DNA from: Eledone cirrhosa
Taxonomy: Eukaryota
Length of the DNA: 64,000 nt
NCBI GenBank assembly: GCA_964016885.1
Contig: OZ024743.1
Coordinates: 104,284,001 to 104,348,000 of the forward strand
Reading direction: 5' to 3'
Shown: piece after piece, positions 39,895 through 54,574 of the stretch
Numbering within the stretch: the first letter of the stretch is position 1
Layout: every line of letters starts with the position of its first letter
Program-made: the position numbers and the translations under genes
The notes under the pieces: model-generated
Seen by the model: the letters and a program-made list of their open reading frames with translations, nothing else
What the model was told of the DNA's origin: nothing
Databases searched by the model: none

Positions 39895-42800
39895 CATCAT
39901 CATCATCATCATCATCACCGTTTTACGTCCGTTCTTCCACGCTAGCATGGGTTAGACGAGTTGTCCTGTTGTGGGCAGTGTCTGGTCAGCTGACCATGCC
40001 TTGCTCATACAGGAAATGATTTGGCTTGATTTCTACAGCTGGATGCCCTTCCTAACACCAACCTCATTTACAGTGAGTGCTGGGTGCTTTTTCGTGGCGC
40101 CTACACGTCCACTTTACAGTGTGGGCTGGGTGCTTTTTTGCCGTGGCACCTCCACGACCACCTTGCAGTGGGGGGGGGGGGGCATATTGTCTATATGCTT
40201 CAGCTTGTACCCATGGGAGGTCAGGTACTCTGTATTACTGCGTGACGCCAGAGGTCATGGTCGTGTGTCATCGCCTTTGAGAGGTGTAATTGGGTAAGGT
40301 CGGCTTTTATCACCTCATCCCAGGTCATCTTGGGTCTCCCCACTCCGCGGTTTCCATCGACTTCTAGTGCTCTGCACCTTTTTATGCAGCTGTCATCCTT
40401 CATACGCATCACATGTCCATACCAACGCAATCGCCTCTCCTGCACACAGCATTTGATTCCTCTTATGCTCAGTCTCTCTCTCAATTCATTTATGCTTTGT
40501 CGTTCACGTATATTACTATTACACATCCATCGGAGCATGCAGGCTTCATTTCTCTCTAATCTACGTAAGTCTTCCACCTTCAGCACCCAGGTCTCACTAC
40601 CATGCAACATCGCTGTTTGGATACACGCATCATACAGTCTGCCTTTCATTTTGAGGGAGAAGCCTTTTGCAGCTAACAGTGGTAGTAGTTCCCTAAACTT
40701 CTTCCATCCTGTTCTTACTCTAGTTATTGTACTTTCTGAACACCCACTTCCAATGCTAATTTGGTCACCTAGGTAGCAGAAGCTGTCTACTGTTTCTACA
40801 GAGCCCTCCCAGAGATTGGTGGTATTTGTTTCCTGTGGCTGTTTGCTGCTTGCTGTCCCAGCACAGCTGCTGCATGTGAAGCCTACATTCTTAATTAAGC
40901 TTCCTGAGATCCCGCTACATCTCTTGTGTACCCATTGTTTGCATTTGGGGCAGAGAATGGAGTTCCTACCTACACCTTTCCTACATACTGAGCAAGGCTA
41001 TTTCCCTGAGGGGATCTGGGTTCTGTCTTCTCATCTACTTACAAGGACCTTAGTCTTTGTCATGTTGACTTTGAGACCCTTTCTTTCTAGTCCCTGCTTC
41101 CAAGTTTGGAATTTCTTCTCTAGTTCTACCATAGATTCAGCTATAAGTGCGAGGTCATCAGCATACAGGAGTTCCCATGAGCATCCAGTCTTAAACTCCT
41201 CCGTTATTGCCTGCAGGACTATGATGAACAGGAGGGGCTAAGAACAGAGCCCTGGTGGACCCCAACCTGTACGCTAAATTTTTCGCTATACTCATTGCTA
41301 ATCCTAACTTTGCTGACTGCTCCCCTATACATGGCTTGTACCGCTTTCACAAGCCATTCATCTACTCCTAGTTTTCTAAGAGCCCATCAGATTACAGCAC
41401 GTGGAACTCTGTCAAAGGCTTTCTCAAGATCGACGAATGCCAGGTAGAGTGGCTTACTTTTAGCTAGGTACTTTTCCTGTAACTGCCTCACAAAGAAGAG
41501 GGCATCAGTGGTGCCTCTTCCTGGTACAAACCCAAATTGCATCTCATCTAGTTTCACCCGGTCCCTAATCAACTGTGCTATAACTCTTTCTGTTACTTTC
41601 ATGACCTGGTCCATCAGCTTTATAGCTCTATAGTTTCCTCTATCTAGTGCATCACCTTTACCTTTGTAGCAGTTGACAATGATGCTACTGCACCAATCTT
41701 TTGGTATGACACCTTCTAGTATTACCTGGTTAACAATACGTGTGGTTATAGTGTGACCTACAGACCCAGATGCCTTCAGCATCTCGGCAGCTATACCCGA
41801 TGGACCGGTTGCCTTCCCCATCTTCATATCTTTGATTGCCTTACTTACTACGCTGCTGCTGACTTGTACTGCTAGCCCCTCTATAGGGTCTACTTGGGGT
41901 AGGGTCTCTTCTTCCCATGCATTCTCCTCATTTAGTAATCTATCATAATGACTCTTCCATGCATCTTTCTTCTCAGCACTTGTGAGAACAAGCTCACCTT
42001 TATCATTCCGGATACACTTCTCTCCAATGACATTACAATTCTCTCTGACACACTGCCTCGCAATCTTGAATACCTCCTGTTTCTGGTCCTCCCGTTGCAA
42101 AACATGCTTGAATTTTCTATCCTCTGCTTCCCTCCTAGCTAAGTATACTTGTCGCCTAGCTTCCCTCTTGGTCTTTATGTAATGTACCCTGCTCCCCCCG
42201 TTCTTCCATTCTTTCCATGCCTGTCTCTTGGCCTTAACTGCCTCATCTACCTTATTGTTCCACCACCAAGTCACTCTCCTCCTGCTTGTGGTCTTACTCC
42301 AGCCACAGACCTCATCCGTCGCCTCTAGTAAGTTATTTTTTAGGAACTCCCAGTGCTCTTCTACATTAAATGTCTCTATCTGTTCTTCTTTACTGTCGTA
42401 GGCGTTGAGTAAAATATATTTAAATCTGTTACTGGTTGAAGGGTCTTTCAGCTTCCAGATCTTTCTTCTCCAGGTTGGCCTCTGTTTCCAGGTTCGTCTA
42501 GTTCTGACTGTGAGGTCGCTGACAACTAAGCTATGTTGGGATGTACATTCCTCACTAGGGAAGGCTTTTGTGTTTATGACCGTCCATCTGTCACGTCCTC
42601 TGATGAGGATAAAATCTATCTGACTAGAATGCTCCCCTGATCTATAGGTGATCAGGTGGTTGTCGGGTTTTTTGAAGTTTGTGTTACATATCGACATGTC
42701 ATTGGCGTCACAGAATTCTAGAAGTCTGAATCCTTCCTCATTTCTTGTGCCAACCCCATGGCCTCCATGGACTCTATTGAAGCCGTCGCAGTGTTTACCT

Positions 42801-43240
42801 ATGTGTCCGTTAAAATCTCCTGTGATGATTAGGAAGTCATTGTCGTTTGTTAGAGCAGTAGTGTGCATTAGGGACTCGTAAAACATATCCTTAAGTTCGT
42901 CTGGCAACCCCGATTGGGGTGCGTAAGGTGATATTATTGTGGTAATTGTTTTATTCAGGACTAGTCTGAGTTTAATGATTCTTGCATTTACCCTGTACAC
43001 TGAGATTACTTTATCTACCCACTTGTCAGCTAGTAGTATACTTACACCACCCATCCCATCGTCATTTCCCACCCAGAAAAATTTGTAGCACCGACTTTTT
43101 CCTACAAGGACTCTAGCAGACTCTCCTCTCCATCTAGTCTCTTGCACACAGCATACATCAATTTCCTTTCGCTCTAGCATTTCTACGATTTCTCCTGCTC
43201 TTCCTTTCATTGTGCTTTCATTGATGGTACCAACTCGGTA
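39895..43240 (-). mobile_element. RTE-clade LINE, nearly full length, few disablements
   Basis: APE+RT ORF 41387-43210 ends at a TGA where copy 2 has TGG. Continues through a frameshift near 41240 to LYADD, the Cys cluster and C-terminus (40221-40649), then 3'UTR and (GAT)n. Confidence 0.96.
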
Positions 43241-44217
43241 TATGCCATCTAATCTTTTCTGTTCAGGTTTCAGGCAATGTCTTTCATTAGAAATATTCTA
43301 CTGAAAGAGTTAATGTCTTTATTCTTACACAGCATGACCAAATGGTTAAGTCCAAGGTTCAATCCAATTGTGCGGCATCTTGACAAGTGTCATTTACTAT
43401 AGTCATTGGTCAACTCAAGCCTTCTCAGTGAAATTGGGTGGACAGAAACTGTTTAGAATCCTGTCAAATGGACTGTACCTATAATTCAATGGGCTAGCCT
43501 TGTCACACATTGTGTCATGCTGAATCTCTTTAAGAATTATGTTAAGGATATTTTCAGCTGAGTTGTCTGGAACAACATGAAATGAAGCATTTTGCTCCAG
43601 GAGGTAATGTACCGCCTCATCCATTTCATTTGGCAAATTAACAAAATCATTAGAACATCAGATAGAATGTTCCATAGTATTTGTTTCTACACCCTGTGAT
43701 ATCTGTTCAAATTACATTGAGTTCAACTTTGACTTTCATCCTTTTAAGTTTGATAACAAATATACCAGTCCAGTACAGGGGTTCTTTCTTATTCTATATT
43801 TCTCTTTCACTTTCTTCACTGGAAGAAATCGGCTGTGTTCAGACCTGGAAAAAGGATAGACTCCACTAGGTATAAAATGTCCTAGACATACTGTACATCA
43901 CAACAGCACCTGTACAACTCCAATAGGAGTTACTGTTCCATACATACATAGAAATGTTTCTCACATTTTAGGTATACACCCTTGATATGTGAGCAGACAA
44001 CAGTAACCTAATAAATTAGAGCAGGCTTGCTTGGATGTTAAATTCCAAACTTGAATTGAATATCTATTACTGTAATTTTGCAGTGTATGTTCACTGTTTG
44101 TGCATCTCCTTTCTAAGTCTAAAGTATGCTCAAGCCCGGTGGCTCATCAGGCCAGAGATACCATTACAATTTGGGGATTAGGGGGTGCTTAAGCATATAT
44201 ATATACTCATCATTTTT

Positions 44218-44535
44218 CATCATCATCATCATCATTTTTTACGTCCACTTTTCCCTGTTTGCAAGGGTGGGACAGGAACTGATTCTGGCTTGATTTCTAC
44301 AGCTCATTTACAGTGAGTGCTGGGTGCTTTTTTCTGTGTTGCCTCCATGTCCAACTTTACAGTGGAATGATAGAGACTCCAGTCCTATCATCTTATTTCT
44401 ACAGCTGAGTAAACTGGAGCAATGTGAAATAAAGTGTCTTGCTCAAGGAAACAACACATCCCCCAGTCTGAGAATTGAACTCACAACCTTTCGATTGCAA
44501 GGCCAATGCTCTAACCACTAAGCCATGTGCCTCCA
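44218..44535 (-). mobile_element. SINE family A
   Basis: Same sequence as 7905-8264 with internal deletions. Confidence 0.87.
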
Positions 44536-44704
44536 TACTGTACATGTGAATTATAATTCTCAGTTCACCCTTTTTTATCACCAATACTAATAAAGAAATT
44601 AAAAACATGATCGTACTAACATATTTAGACTCAATAGAAAATCAGAGTAGTAAAAACCAAAGTACAAGTATATTGAAACAAATTATTGGAGGGGCTTAAG
44701 CCCC

Positions 44705-44927
44705 TTAACCTTTTAGCATTTACATTACATAATATATACTATTGTATTTTCACAAAAAAGAATTTACATAATTATTTCACATAATATCAACTCTACAAGA
44801 TTTTGGTATTATTTTTTTGAGAACAATACTTTAATGTCAGTATAAACGGCTGGTTACAGCTGGTTTGAACAGAATGAGGTGAGAGAGTTCTGGCCAGTTA
44901 TGGCCAGTTTAAATGTTAAAGGGTTAA
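44705..44927. mobile_element. piggyBac-like MITE
   Basis: TTAA-ccttttagcattta...taaatgttaaaggg-TTAA; same family at 57523-57739. Confidence 0.78.
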
Positions 44928-47519
44928 TGCCAGAAGGTTTGATACATACAACATAGCCCACATAAATAGATCTCTTTCTCACTCTCTCCCTACTTCTCTT
45001 TGGAAGAAACTGGCTATGTTCAGAGTGAGAGAACAATGGGCTTTACCAAATTTAAATGTCCAAGATGGTGCCCTTATGACTTCATCAGGAGTTATGGGCC
45101 ACTGATGATGATGATGATGGTTAGAATTTTAAGTTCAACACCCTAAACACTAGGTCACACACCTTCACATTCATCAACAATGACCTTTAAATATTTGAGC
45201 AGTAAAGTATCTGATAAATGAATCACTGATTCTCCTCATTATGGACAGAGGAAGTAATATGAAATGGTTTGTGCACTCAGCTTTTCAAAGCTTTTGTAAT
45301 CTGTCACCTGAGATGTTTTTAACTGCAGCTTCTGGATGTTTCTTCTATATATAGGTAACTAAGTGCAAACATATCCAGTTAAATGTGAGTGTATGTTTGT
45401 GTGTATTGCTATCACATGTCAAGAGAGTGTGGGTGTTCAAGCAGGAATGTATTTGGAGTGGCTTTTGGTGTAACATCATCATCATTCAGATCATTTTCAT
45501 TATTATCATTGTCATCATCAACATCATCGTCATCATTATTTACTGTCTATAATTTATGATCTGAGTTCAAATCCCGCCGAGGTTAACTTTGCCTTTCATC
45601 CTTACAGGGTCGATAAAATAAAGTGCCAGTAATGCACTGGGGTAATTGCTGGCCTTGTCCCAAATGTAGAAACAATTATTTACTATCTATAAGGGCAGTG
45701 GATTGGCAGTTTCTATAGAGTATCACACAACATGCTTTGCAGCATAGAATTACAGCCCTTTATGTTCTGAATTCAAATCTCACCTAGGTTAGCTTTAAAA
45801 TAAAGCACCAATTAATCGACTTTCCCCTCCCCCATCAAATTGCTGGCCTTGTGCCTAAAGTAGAAACAATTATTTACTGTCTATTTTTCCTTGTTAACAA
45901 GGGTTGTATTAGTCATCACAGACCAAGTCAGTATTTCATTAGAGCTCCAGCTCACTCAAACAGGCCATGGATCACATCTTGTTTAGATATGTTCCTGCAC
46001 TTTTCAGAGTGTACTGGGTGCATTTTATCATGGCACCAGCTGTACCCTTGATCAAACGACTGTGTTTGTGGGTGTAAGTATGTGTGTTTGTGTTTGTGTG
46101 TGTGTATATGTATCTGTGTGTGTGTGTGTGTGTATGGTGCACTGAGTACATGGTCTGCAAACTACCTGCTAATTACCTAACACTGGCAATAGTAAGAATA
46201 GAAGAGAAGAGAGAAGATAGTGGAGAAAGGAAAGGACAGACAGGTGTGTGATTAAATTACCTGTGTACCTCCACTACCAGTATAGAACAAGAATATAAAA
46301 CAGATGATGAGAGTGATAAGGGAGGAATGGGAGAAAAATCACAGTCTAATGACTGAAACAGGTAAAAACATACTGAGGTTGATATGATCGACTAAATCCC
46401 ATCAGGGCAGTGCCTGAGCCTGGCCATAGTCTAATGTCGAAAACTAGTGGAAAGTACTAATATCGATATGATTGACTAAACCCCTTAAATGCATTATCAC
46501 CCTACAACACTTGGCCAAAGCTTGGTGACTGAAACCAATAAAAGACTGGGGTCAATATGGTTGACTAAATTCTTTGAAGGTGATGCTCTAGTATGGCCAT
46601 AGTCAAATAACTGAACCAAGTAAAGTAAAAGAGTAAAAGGAGAGAGAAAATTAAAAAGAAAATGAAAATAAGTAAATAAACTTACTGTGTTTCTTACCAC
46701 CACCAACTCCACCACCACTAGCTTGCTTATTATCACCCTTCCTCTCACCACTACCATTGGCTTCCTATTGTACTTCCTCCCACCACTACTACTGTCTATC
46801 CTCACACCATCACCACCACATCCTTATTGCATCTCTTTTCATTTCTACCACCCTGCTTCCTCCCACCACCATCACCTCCACCACTAGCTTCCTATTGCAA
46901 CTCCTCACACCACTAATGATTCCCTTCCTCCTACCACTACCACCACCTCTACCACCACCACCACCTTATTTCCTATTGCATCTCCTCACACCACTACTAC
47001 TACCACCCTTCTTCTCACCACCAACACTTTCTAATTGCACTTCCTCATACCACTACTTCCGAGCTATCTTCCACCACCACCACCATACTTCCGATTGCAC
47101 CTCCTCACACCACTACTGTTGCCCCTCCACCACCACCACCACCACCACCACCACCACTACTACACTTCCATTGGCATGGCTATCTGGAGTAACCTATAAT
47201 TTTGTACCTCAGAACTACTGCATCTTCCGAAATACCTAGCTGGCAAATGAATACTGTTACATGCATGTGTGACCTCTGACCTTATGACCTGACAAACACC
47301 TGACATGAGGAAAATGTGACATTTAGGGGGAGTTGACAAAAGGTAAAGACGACAGAGTCATTAGAATGTAGGTAGGATTAAATATTTCACTGTATTCTTT
47401 CAGACTGTCTGTGTATTCTGAGTTCAAACAGTGATAAAGTCAACTTTGTCCTTCATTGGTTCAAAGTCAATGAATATACTACTTGTGAATGAAGCTGAAG
47501 AAGCCTATCGTGTACATAT

Positions 47520-48385
47520 ATGATAAAATGCATCTAGTACACTGTATAATGTGCTGGTTCCTTGATAAAATGCACCCAGCACACTCTGTAAAGTGGTAGT
47601 GCTGTTGCCACAATAAAATGCACCCAATACACTCTAAACTAACAGTTCTGGTGCCACAATAAAACACACATAGTACATGCTGTAAAGTGGTAGTACCGGT
47701 GCCATGATAAAATGCACCCAGCACACTCTGTAAAGTGGTAGTGCTGTTGCCACAATAAAATGCACCCAATACACTCTAAACTAACAGTTCTGGTGCCACA
47801 ATAAAACACACATAGTACATGCTGTAAAGTGGTAGTACCGGTGCCATGATAAAATGCACCCAGCACACTCTGTAAAGTGGTAGTGCTGTTTCCACAATAA
47901 AATGCACCCAATACACTCTAAACTGACAGTTCTGGTGCCACAATAAAACACACATAGTACATGCTGTAAAGTGGTAGTACCGGTGCCATGATAAAATGCA
48001 CCCAGCACACTCTGTAAAGTGGTAGTGCTGTTTCCACAATAAAATGCACCCAATACACTCTAAACTGACAGTTCTGGTGCCACAATAAAACACACACAGT
48101 ACATGCTGTAAAGTGGTAGTACCGGTGTCATGATAAAATGAACCCAGTACATTCTGTAAAAGTGGTAGTGCTGTTGCCACAATAAAATGCACCAGTACAC
48201 TCTGTAAATGCACTCAGTAAATGCTGTAAAGTGCTTATCATTAGGAAAGGCATTGTACCACAAAAACCATACCAAAATGAAACGCATGATCAAGACCTGG
48301 TCATCTGACCTGTCAAATATCAGAACAGAGTGACCTGTCTAACCCATGCCAACATAGAAAATAGATGTAAAACTGATGATGATGA
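47520..48385 (+). repeat. RTE-tail element with an internal 142-bp higher-order tandem array
   Basis: gtaccggt recurs at 47693, 47835, 47977, 48119; ends aacccatgcc...(gat)n. Confidence 0.9.
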
Positions 48386-48397
48386 CAATCATGTAGG

Positions 48398-48438
<41 letters not shown>

Positions 48439-48749
48439 TTCATATTATCATAGTTTCAAGCAAGTGTTGAGGGTTTTGTTAATGTCCAACTTAACCCTTT
48501 TACATTTAAAACAGCCATATCCAGTCATATTTTCTCACTTTTTTCTTTTCAAACCGGATAACCAACGTTAAGGTATTATTCTCAAAATAAATAATAGCAT
48601 CACTGAAATGCATAGATGGTTGTCCCCCTTGCTTCAATTTCAAGGCAGAACACTGCCAACTTTCCTTCCTGTGGGAATTCTTCTGTATATGGTAATTAGT
48701 GTATTGCATACATCAACATCTGATAACTTATATCATTTACATCTCACCA

Positions 48750-49105
48750 CAATATCCCACTACAGTGTCCCACCAGATTGTCCCACCAGAGTATCCCACC
48801 AGAGTATCCCACCAGAGTATCCCACTAGTGTCCCACTACAATATCCCACCACAATGTTCCACCACAGTGTCCCACAACTGTGTCCCACCATAATGTCCCA
48901 TCACAATGTCCCACCACAGTGTCCTACAACAATGTCCCACCAGTGTCCCACCATAATGTTCCATCACAATGTCCCACAACAGTGTCTCACCATAATGTCC
49001 CACCAGTGTCCCATCACAATGTCCCACCATAATGTCCCACTAGTGTCCCATCACAGTGTCCCACCATAATGTCCAACCAGTGTCCCATCGCAGTGTCCCA
49101 CCATT
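48750..49105. repeat. Degenerate gtcccacca-based short tandem repeat
   Basis: Direct inspection. Confidence 0.85.
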
Positions 49106-49961
49106 GAGGTAGGAAGAACTAAGCTTTCTTAAATTGATTCTGTGGCTGAAGATATTTTACAGAAAACTACCAAACTACTGACACTGATGTCATTGGGGGA
49201 GGAGGGGATTGGACATTTAAATGGACATTTAATGATGATGATGGTGATAGTGGGGGTAGTAGTGGGTGGTTGTAGGGGTAATGTTGGTGGTGGTGAGAGT
49301 TGTGGTATTGGTGATTGTGGTGATGGTTGTGGTGATGGTGGTGGTGGTGGTAGTAATGATGATTGTGGTGATAATGATGGTGATGATGGTTGTAGTTGTT
49401 GTGGTGATGATGATCAAAGACATAATACAGGTGGTGGTAGTGATGATGATGAGGGTGGTGATGATGATGATGATGTTGATAGTACTAATTCCCATGTTGT
49501 GTTGTATGTGTGCATGGATCAATAACTTTGCCATTAAACCTTTCATTACCATATTCCTAATGAAATACACTGCCTATGTGTTTCAATTAATTCTGAAAAC
49601 CATCAAGATACCAGAGGAGTTTAGCAACGAAACATAACTTGTTCAATATTTAGCTGGTGTTTGGAACACAACAAAGATTCTTATATAAAATTACGACAGC
49701 AGATTTTTCAATAAATATAAACATTTGAATATAAATAGCTTTACATAATAAAACAAGGGCTAGTTTCAGGAGTGGTGGTGTTATCAAAGGGGTTAATTAA
49801 TTGAAAGTAAGGGTATATTTTAAAGAAATAGTCACTAAAGGGTTAAAATATCCAAGTGATTATTTAGACATTTTTATAAACAATGTTAGTATTTATAAAG
49901 CACATGGATAGCTAATTAAATAATTAAATATATAAGCATCCAACGGTTTTATCATATTCAA

Positions 49962-50033
<72 letters not shown>

Positions 50034-50040
50034 CATATGT

Positions 50041-50149
<109 letters not shown>

Positions 50150-50475
50150 CCTTAGTTTAATGTATTTTAATATTTAGTAGTTATCTCCCTTATATCATAT
50201 TTGTTCTTGATATATATATATGTGTGTGTGTGTGTGTACATAAGAATGCGGAGATAAGAATGAATTCATTCTCTGTTGACAAATACAACCATACATTTAT
50301 ATATATATAACAAATATACCTATACATTATGGATCTGGGTTTGTATAATTATACTGCAAATATTTGAATTAACAAACCTATTTTTAGATATTTCCAGTTA
50401 AATTATAACTCAATGTTAAGAGTTAATTGTTCAAATTTTCACAACAAATAGTCCGGTAGGAAACATTTAACCTCC

Positions 50476-53155
50476 CGAGTCACTGAGCGATATTCTTACT
50501 CATTAGGTAGTTTCCTAGGTTACTGATCAACATTTCTAGTTAATAAGAAGGGTCCTGAGTCACTGAGTTACATCCCTTTCTCACTGCCTAGCCTGCTGCG
50601 TCACTGAGCTACATCCCTTTCTCACTGATTATTCTCTTGAGTCACTGAGCCACATCCCTATTCACTCACTATCCTCCTGAGTCACTGAGACACATCCCTA
50701 CTCAATGACTCTCTTCTTGAGTCACAGAGACACATCCCTACACACTGGCTATCCTCATGAAACCCTGATTCACATCTCTTTCTCACTTGTTATCCTCCTG
50801 AACCACACCCCATATTCACTGGCTTTCATCCTGATTCACTGAGCCACTTTTCTACTCGCAGCATATTCTCCTATGTCATTGAGCCACATCCCTACTCACT
50901 AGCTCTCCTTCTGAGTCACTGAGCCACATCCCTACTCACTGGCTCTCCTTCTGAGTCACTGAGCCACATCCCTACTCACTGGCTCTCCTTCTGAGTCACT
51001 GAGTCACATCCCTACTCACTGGCTCTCCTTCTGAGTCACTGAGCCACATCCCTACTCACTGGCTCTCCTTCTGAGTCACTGAGTCACATCCCTACTCACT
51101 AGCTCTCCTTCTGAGTCACTGAGCCACATCCCTACTCACTGGCTCTCCTTCTGAGTCACTGAGTCACATCCCTACTCACTAGCTCTCCTTCTGAGTCACT
51201 GAGCCACATCCCTACTCACTGGCTCTCCTTCTGAGTCACTGAGTCACATCCCTACTCACTGGCTCTCCTTCTGAGTCACTGAGTCACACCCCTACTCACT
51301 AGCTCTCCTTCTGAGTCACTGAGCCACATCCCTACTCATTGGCTCTCCTTCTGAGTCACTGAGTCACATCCCTACTCACTAGCTCTCCTTCTAAGTCACT
51401 GAGACACATTCCTACTCACTAGCTCTCCTTCTGAGTCACTGAGCCACATCCCTACTCACTGGCTCTCCTTCTGAGTCACTGAGTCACATCCCTACTCACT
51501 GGCTCTCCTTCTGAGTCACTGAGTCACACCCCTACTCACTGGCTCTCTTTCTGAGTCACTGAGCCACATCCCTACTCACTAGCTCTCCTTCTGAGTCACT
51601 GAGCCACATCCCTACTCATTGGCTCTCCTTCTGAGTCACTGATCCACATCCCTACTCACTAGCTCTCCTTCTGAGTCACTGAGTCACATCCCTACTCACT
51701 GGCTCTCCTTCTGAGTCACTGAGTCACACCCCTACTCACTAGCTCTCCTTCTGAGTCACTGAGCCACATCCCTACTCACTAGCTCTCCTTCTGAGTCACT
51801 GAGTCACATCCCTACTCACTGGCTCTCCTTCTGAGTCACTGAGTCACACCCCTACTCACTAGCTCTCCTTCTGAGCCACTGAGCCACATCCCTACTCACT
51901 GGCTCTCCTTCTGAGTCACTGAGTCACATCCCTACTCACTGGCTCTCCTTCTGAGTCACACCCCTACTCACTAGCTCTCCTTCTGAGTCACTGAGCCACA
52001 TCCCTACTCACTAGCTCTCCTTCTGAGTCACTGAGCCACATCCCTACTCATTGGCTCTCCTTCTGAGTCACTGAGCCACATCCCTACTCACTAGCTCTCC
52101 TTCTGAGTCACTGAGTCACATCCCTACTCACTGGCTCTCTTTCTGAGTCACTGAGTCACACCCCTACTCACTAGCTCTCCTTCAGAGTCACTGAGCCACA
52201 TCCCTACTCACTAGCTCTCCTTCTAAGTCACTGAGCCACATCCCTACTCACTGGCTCTCCTTCTGAGTCACTGAGCCACATCCCTACTCACTAGCTCTCC
52301 TTCTGAGTCACTGAGTCACACCCCTACTCACTAGCTCTCCTTCTGAGTCACTGAGCCACATCCCTACTCACTAGCTCTCCTTCTGAGTCACTGAGCCACA
52401 TCCCTACTCACTGGCTCTCCTTCTAAGTCACTGAGCCACATCCCTACTCACTGGCTCTCCTTCTGAGTCACTGAGCCACATCCCTACTCACTGGCTCTCC
52501 TTCTAAGTCACTGAGCCACATCCCTACTCACTGGCTCTCCTTCTGAGTCACTGAGCCACATCCCTACTCACTGGCTCTCCTTCTGAGTCACTGAGCCACA
52601 TCCCTACTCACTGGCTCTCCTTCTAAGTCACTGAGCCACATCCCTACTCACTGGCTCTCCTTCTAAGTCACTGAGCCACATCCCTACTCACTGGCTCTCC
52701 TTCTAAGTCACTGAGCCACATCCCTACTCACTGGCTCTCCTTCTAAGTCACTGAGCCACATCCCTACTCACTGGCTCTCCTTCTAAGTCACTGAGCCACA
52801 TCCCTACTCACTGGCTCTCCTTCTGAGTCACTGAGTCACACCCCTACTCATTGGTGATCCTCCTGTGTCATTGAGAAACATCTCTACTCATTGACTATCA
52901 TCTCAGGTCACTGAGAAATTTCCCTACTCAGTGCTTATCCTCCTGATTCACTGAGCCACATCCCTACTCAATGGATCTCCTTGAGTCACTGAGCCATATT
53001 CCTACTCACTAGTTATCCTCCTGAGTCATTAAGAGACATCCCTACTGCTTATCCATTGAGCCACATCTCTACTCAATGGCTCTCCTGATTCACTGAGCCA
53101 CATCCCTACTCACTACTAATCCTCCTGAGTCACTGAGAAATTTCCCTACTCACTG
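50476..53155. repeat. 40-bp minisatellite, about 49 homogeneous units (50881-52850) plus degenerate flanks
   Basis: Unit gagccacatccctactcact(a/g)gctctccttctgagtcact. Confidence 0.97.
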
Positions 53156-53489
53156 ATCAGCATATGACAGCAATCTACCAGAACAAGCCATGCAAGATGC
53201 ACTGGTGCTTTCATTTCATCTGCCTTGCCCGCTTTTGGGGTAACGCATTCACTATTCTGTCTGCCAGGATCATGAAGTAACAATGTTGATTTCCAATTCA
53301 GGCACAAGTCTAACAAATTTGGAGGAAAATCAAAGTTGAGTAAATCAACTCCAGTACTTGATTGGTACATTATTTTATCAGCCCTAGAAGGATGAAAGGA
53401 AAAGTTGACCTCAGTGGGATTTGAACTCAGAATGTAAAGATCGAGGACAAATACTGCAATGGTTTTTTATCCAACCTTCTCCCAATTTT

Positions 53490-53840
53490 TGCCAATTCAG
53501 GAAAGGAAGATAAACAAATACCGAGGATTCTCTGGCCATTTACTCTTCGCACTGGTCCCCGTCGAGACCTCAGGCATACTTGGACCGCATACTACTGACT
53601 CCTCTGCAAGATTGGAAATGTCAGCATCCTGTCTAATGAAGGGGCCTCACGAGGTGGGGTAGCTGTTGCAGTGGGTATCACTGGTCATTGTCCGCGGGAA
53701 TGCTTTTGTGATCTTGTCCGTGGGGCGCAGTTTCAATACCACCACACCGTAGGCCTAGAACCCATCACCCTTCCCTTCCACCTCCCCATTCTTCTGTGAC
53801 ACTAGAGCCCTTGCCTTTCCCTCCCTTTTCTGCTTTTATA
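53490..53840 (+). mobile_element. Second CRE/NeSL-like RLE 3' fragment
   Basis: ERKINKYRG...FALVPVETSGILG; homologous to 3595-3920. Confidence 0.7.
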
Positions 53841-53949
53841 ACCACAAAAGATACTTGAATATTCAATGTAACTCTACTTTGTGTAGTGAGTACTGTCTTT
53901 ATTTACTTATATATGTTCAATATTTTAAAATAAAATCTTCTCAACTTCT

Positions 53950-54275
53950 TCTTTGGCCGAGTTTACACTCGCAAAGATTCAGCACGCTTTCTCCAATCGT
54001 CCTGGTCGAGCATGACATTTCTCAGTTCATCGATATTATCAATGTTAGCATCTCTCAGCAGGGTATCAATGAATGAGACAGCCTGTCTTCCCACGCTTCT
54101 TGTCCGACTGTCAGTTTCTAGAGCACAAGTTGTGATGCTATCTCTTCTGGATGATGGATGCAGTGCCCAGCCAGTTTCATTCGTCTGCAGTCAACTTTTT
54201 TTGAGACTGGTAGTGATCTGTATAGTTCCTTATTTGTCAGCTTCTGTTTCCAAGAAATGTTGAGAGCCATTCTCA
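53950..54275 (-). mobile_element. RTE/RTE-X 3' fragment
   Basis: Minus strand MKLAGHCIHHPEEIASQLVL...GRQAVSFIDTLLRD...MLDQDDWR. Confidence 0.75.
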
Positions 54276-54520
54276 ACTGTGATACCAGAACTCAGCTATG
54301 ACTGGAATTAGCACTGTTTTTTTTTTTTTCAATTTTAGTAATTCAGTGTACAATATATTATGGCTGCACATCTCAAGGGAATGCTCAGCCACTTGAATAT
54401 AAATTTCATAAGAGGCTGTTCCATTGATCAGACAACTGGAATACTCATTTTTGGAACTGACAGACATCCAACATATACATAATTTTGTGTGAGTGTGTGT
54501 GTCAGTGTATGTTTCTTTTC

Positions 54521-54551
<31 letters not shown>

Positions 54552-54574
54552 TCATTTCATTCTTTTTCATTTCA

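Noticed and set aside
43810-43860. Possible next exon of the host gene (acceptor-like tcctttttccag, minus strand)
   Set aside because: A phase-0 join gives an immediate stop and there is no good donor.
50476-53155. CRISPR-like array
   Set aside because: Head-to-tail 40-bp units with no unique spacers, no cas genes, eukaryotic context.
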